Shown here: positions 63,190 through 64,000 of the stretch, piece after piece | How positions within the stretch are numbered: position 1 is the first letter of the stretch | How the letters are laid out: each line of letters begins with the position of its first letter | From: Eledone cirrhosa | Taxonomy: Eukaryota | NCBI GenBank assembly: GCA_964016885.1 | Contig: OZ024740.1 | Coordinates: forward strand, 254,944,001 to 255,008,000 | Reading direction: 5' to 3' | Length of the DNA stretch: 64,000 nt | The notes under the pieces: model-generated | Told to the model about the DNA's origin: nothing | Seen by the model: the letters and a program-made list of their open reading frames with translations, nothing else | Database searches by the model: none | Program-made: the position numbers and the translations under genes

Positions 63190-63756
63190 TTTTCTTTATT
63201 GGCCACAAGGGTTTAGACAAAGTAAGGAATTAAGGACAATACAGGACAATACAGGACGGTACAAATGGGCATTTATGCGAGTAAAAAAACAAAAACAGAG
63301 GATGTAACAAAAAAAAAACAATGAAAAATTCCCCAATAGGGGTGAGACTTCCGAGGACCATCGTGGAGAAAGGCCATTCTAAAAGCCACAGTGCCCTCTC
63401 CCAATTTTCCACCTTCAATTTACAGGCACATACTCAGAGTAGGCCCATTTACTCGGGCCATTCTTGCCTCTCTCACCCATCTTTCAACAAAATACTGGGA
63501 AGAGAGCACCTCCCTCTCTACCCTGATTTTCCTTTTCAAATGAAAGTTGAAAAAGTTAATCAGGGCATCACCGAAGAGGTAAGTGGTAGTCTTCAGCCCT
63601 TTCAAACGTGTCCACCATACTATCTCTTTCGCCATGGCCACCAGACAGATAAAAACTGCCTGCCCTTCCCGGCTAAAGGTGGGGGTAATCCTCACGATGG
63701 ACTCAGCTGATAGCCGGATCCGTCCTACACGCAACAGCATGTGTTCGACATAAACT
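63189..63756 (-). mobile_element. L1/Tx1-clade LINE 3' fragment
   Basis: Homologous to 52538-53100 and 54150-54800; 3' end at (AAT)n. Confidence 0.88.
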
Positions 63757-64000
63757 TGTAGTGACCTACATTCCGCGGGCTCACATACATTCTCTGTGCG
63801 TGATTTGGCTCAGTTCAGCCAATCAGCGCCAGTAGAAGAGGATGTATCCCTACGCGCCCCGAGGAAGAAATTCACCGCGAAGATTTGAAGAATCTCTCTC
63901 TTGTACCAGAAACTTCGAGCCAGCAACACGCATAATGTAGCAGTGAGATATTGCACCTCTAGCCTCGCCGGCTTAACGGCGCAATGGCACATTCCCTTTT
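63757..64000. mobile_element. Possible start of an LTR or another element interrupting the Tx1 copy
   Basis: Tx1 homology stops abruptly; new sequence begins TGTAGT and contains a CCAAT motif; runs off the window. Confidence 0.3.

Overview
Eukaryotic (animal, most likely octopus/cephalopod; inferred from the repeat families and the huge (TA)n tracts) genomic DNA. The first 3.6 kb hold the last four coding exons of ITFG1/LINKIN (+). The rest is repeat-derived. From ~3.7 to 46 kb, (TA)n microsatellite tracts are packed with Penelope-like retroelements (PLEs; RT + GIY-YIG, mostly Hydra-type), their terminal fragments and RTE pieces. From ~48.5 to 64 kb, R4/Dong-like and L1/Tx1-like LINEs alternate at (AAT)n tracts. 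The most notable signal is a set of small non-coding, circularly permuted units (466, ~530, 591 and 556 bp) inserted in (TA)n with the same 'both 3' ends outward' geometry as the autonomous PLEs. At least two carry well-formed minimal type I hammerhead ribozymes. The best case is a 6-kb array of ~13 near-identical 466-bp hammerhead-containing units with a perfect inversion point, which looks like a retrozyme/circRNA system mobilised by PLEs. All folds were read by eye and no database searches were run.
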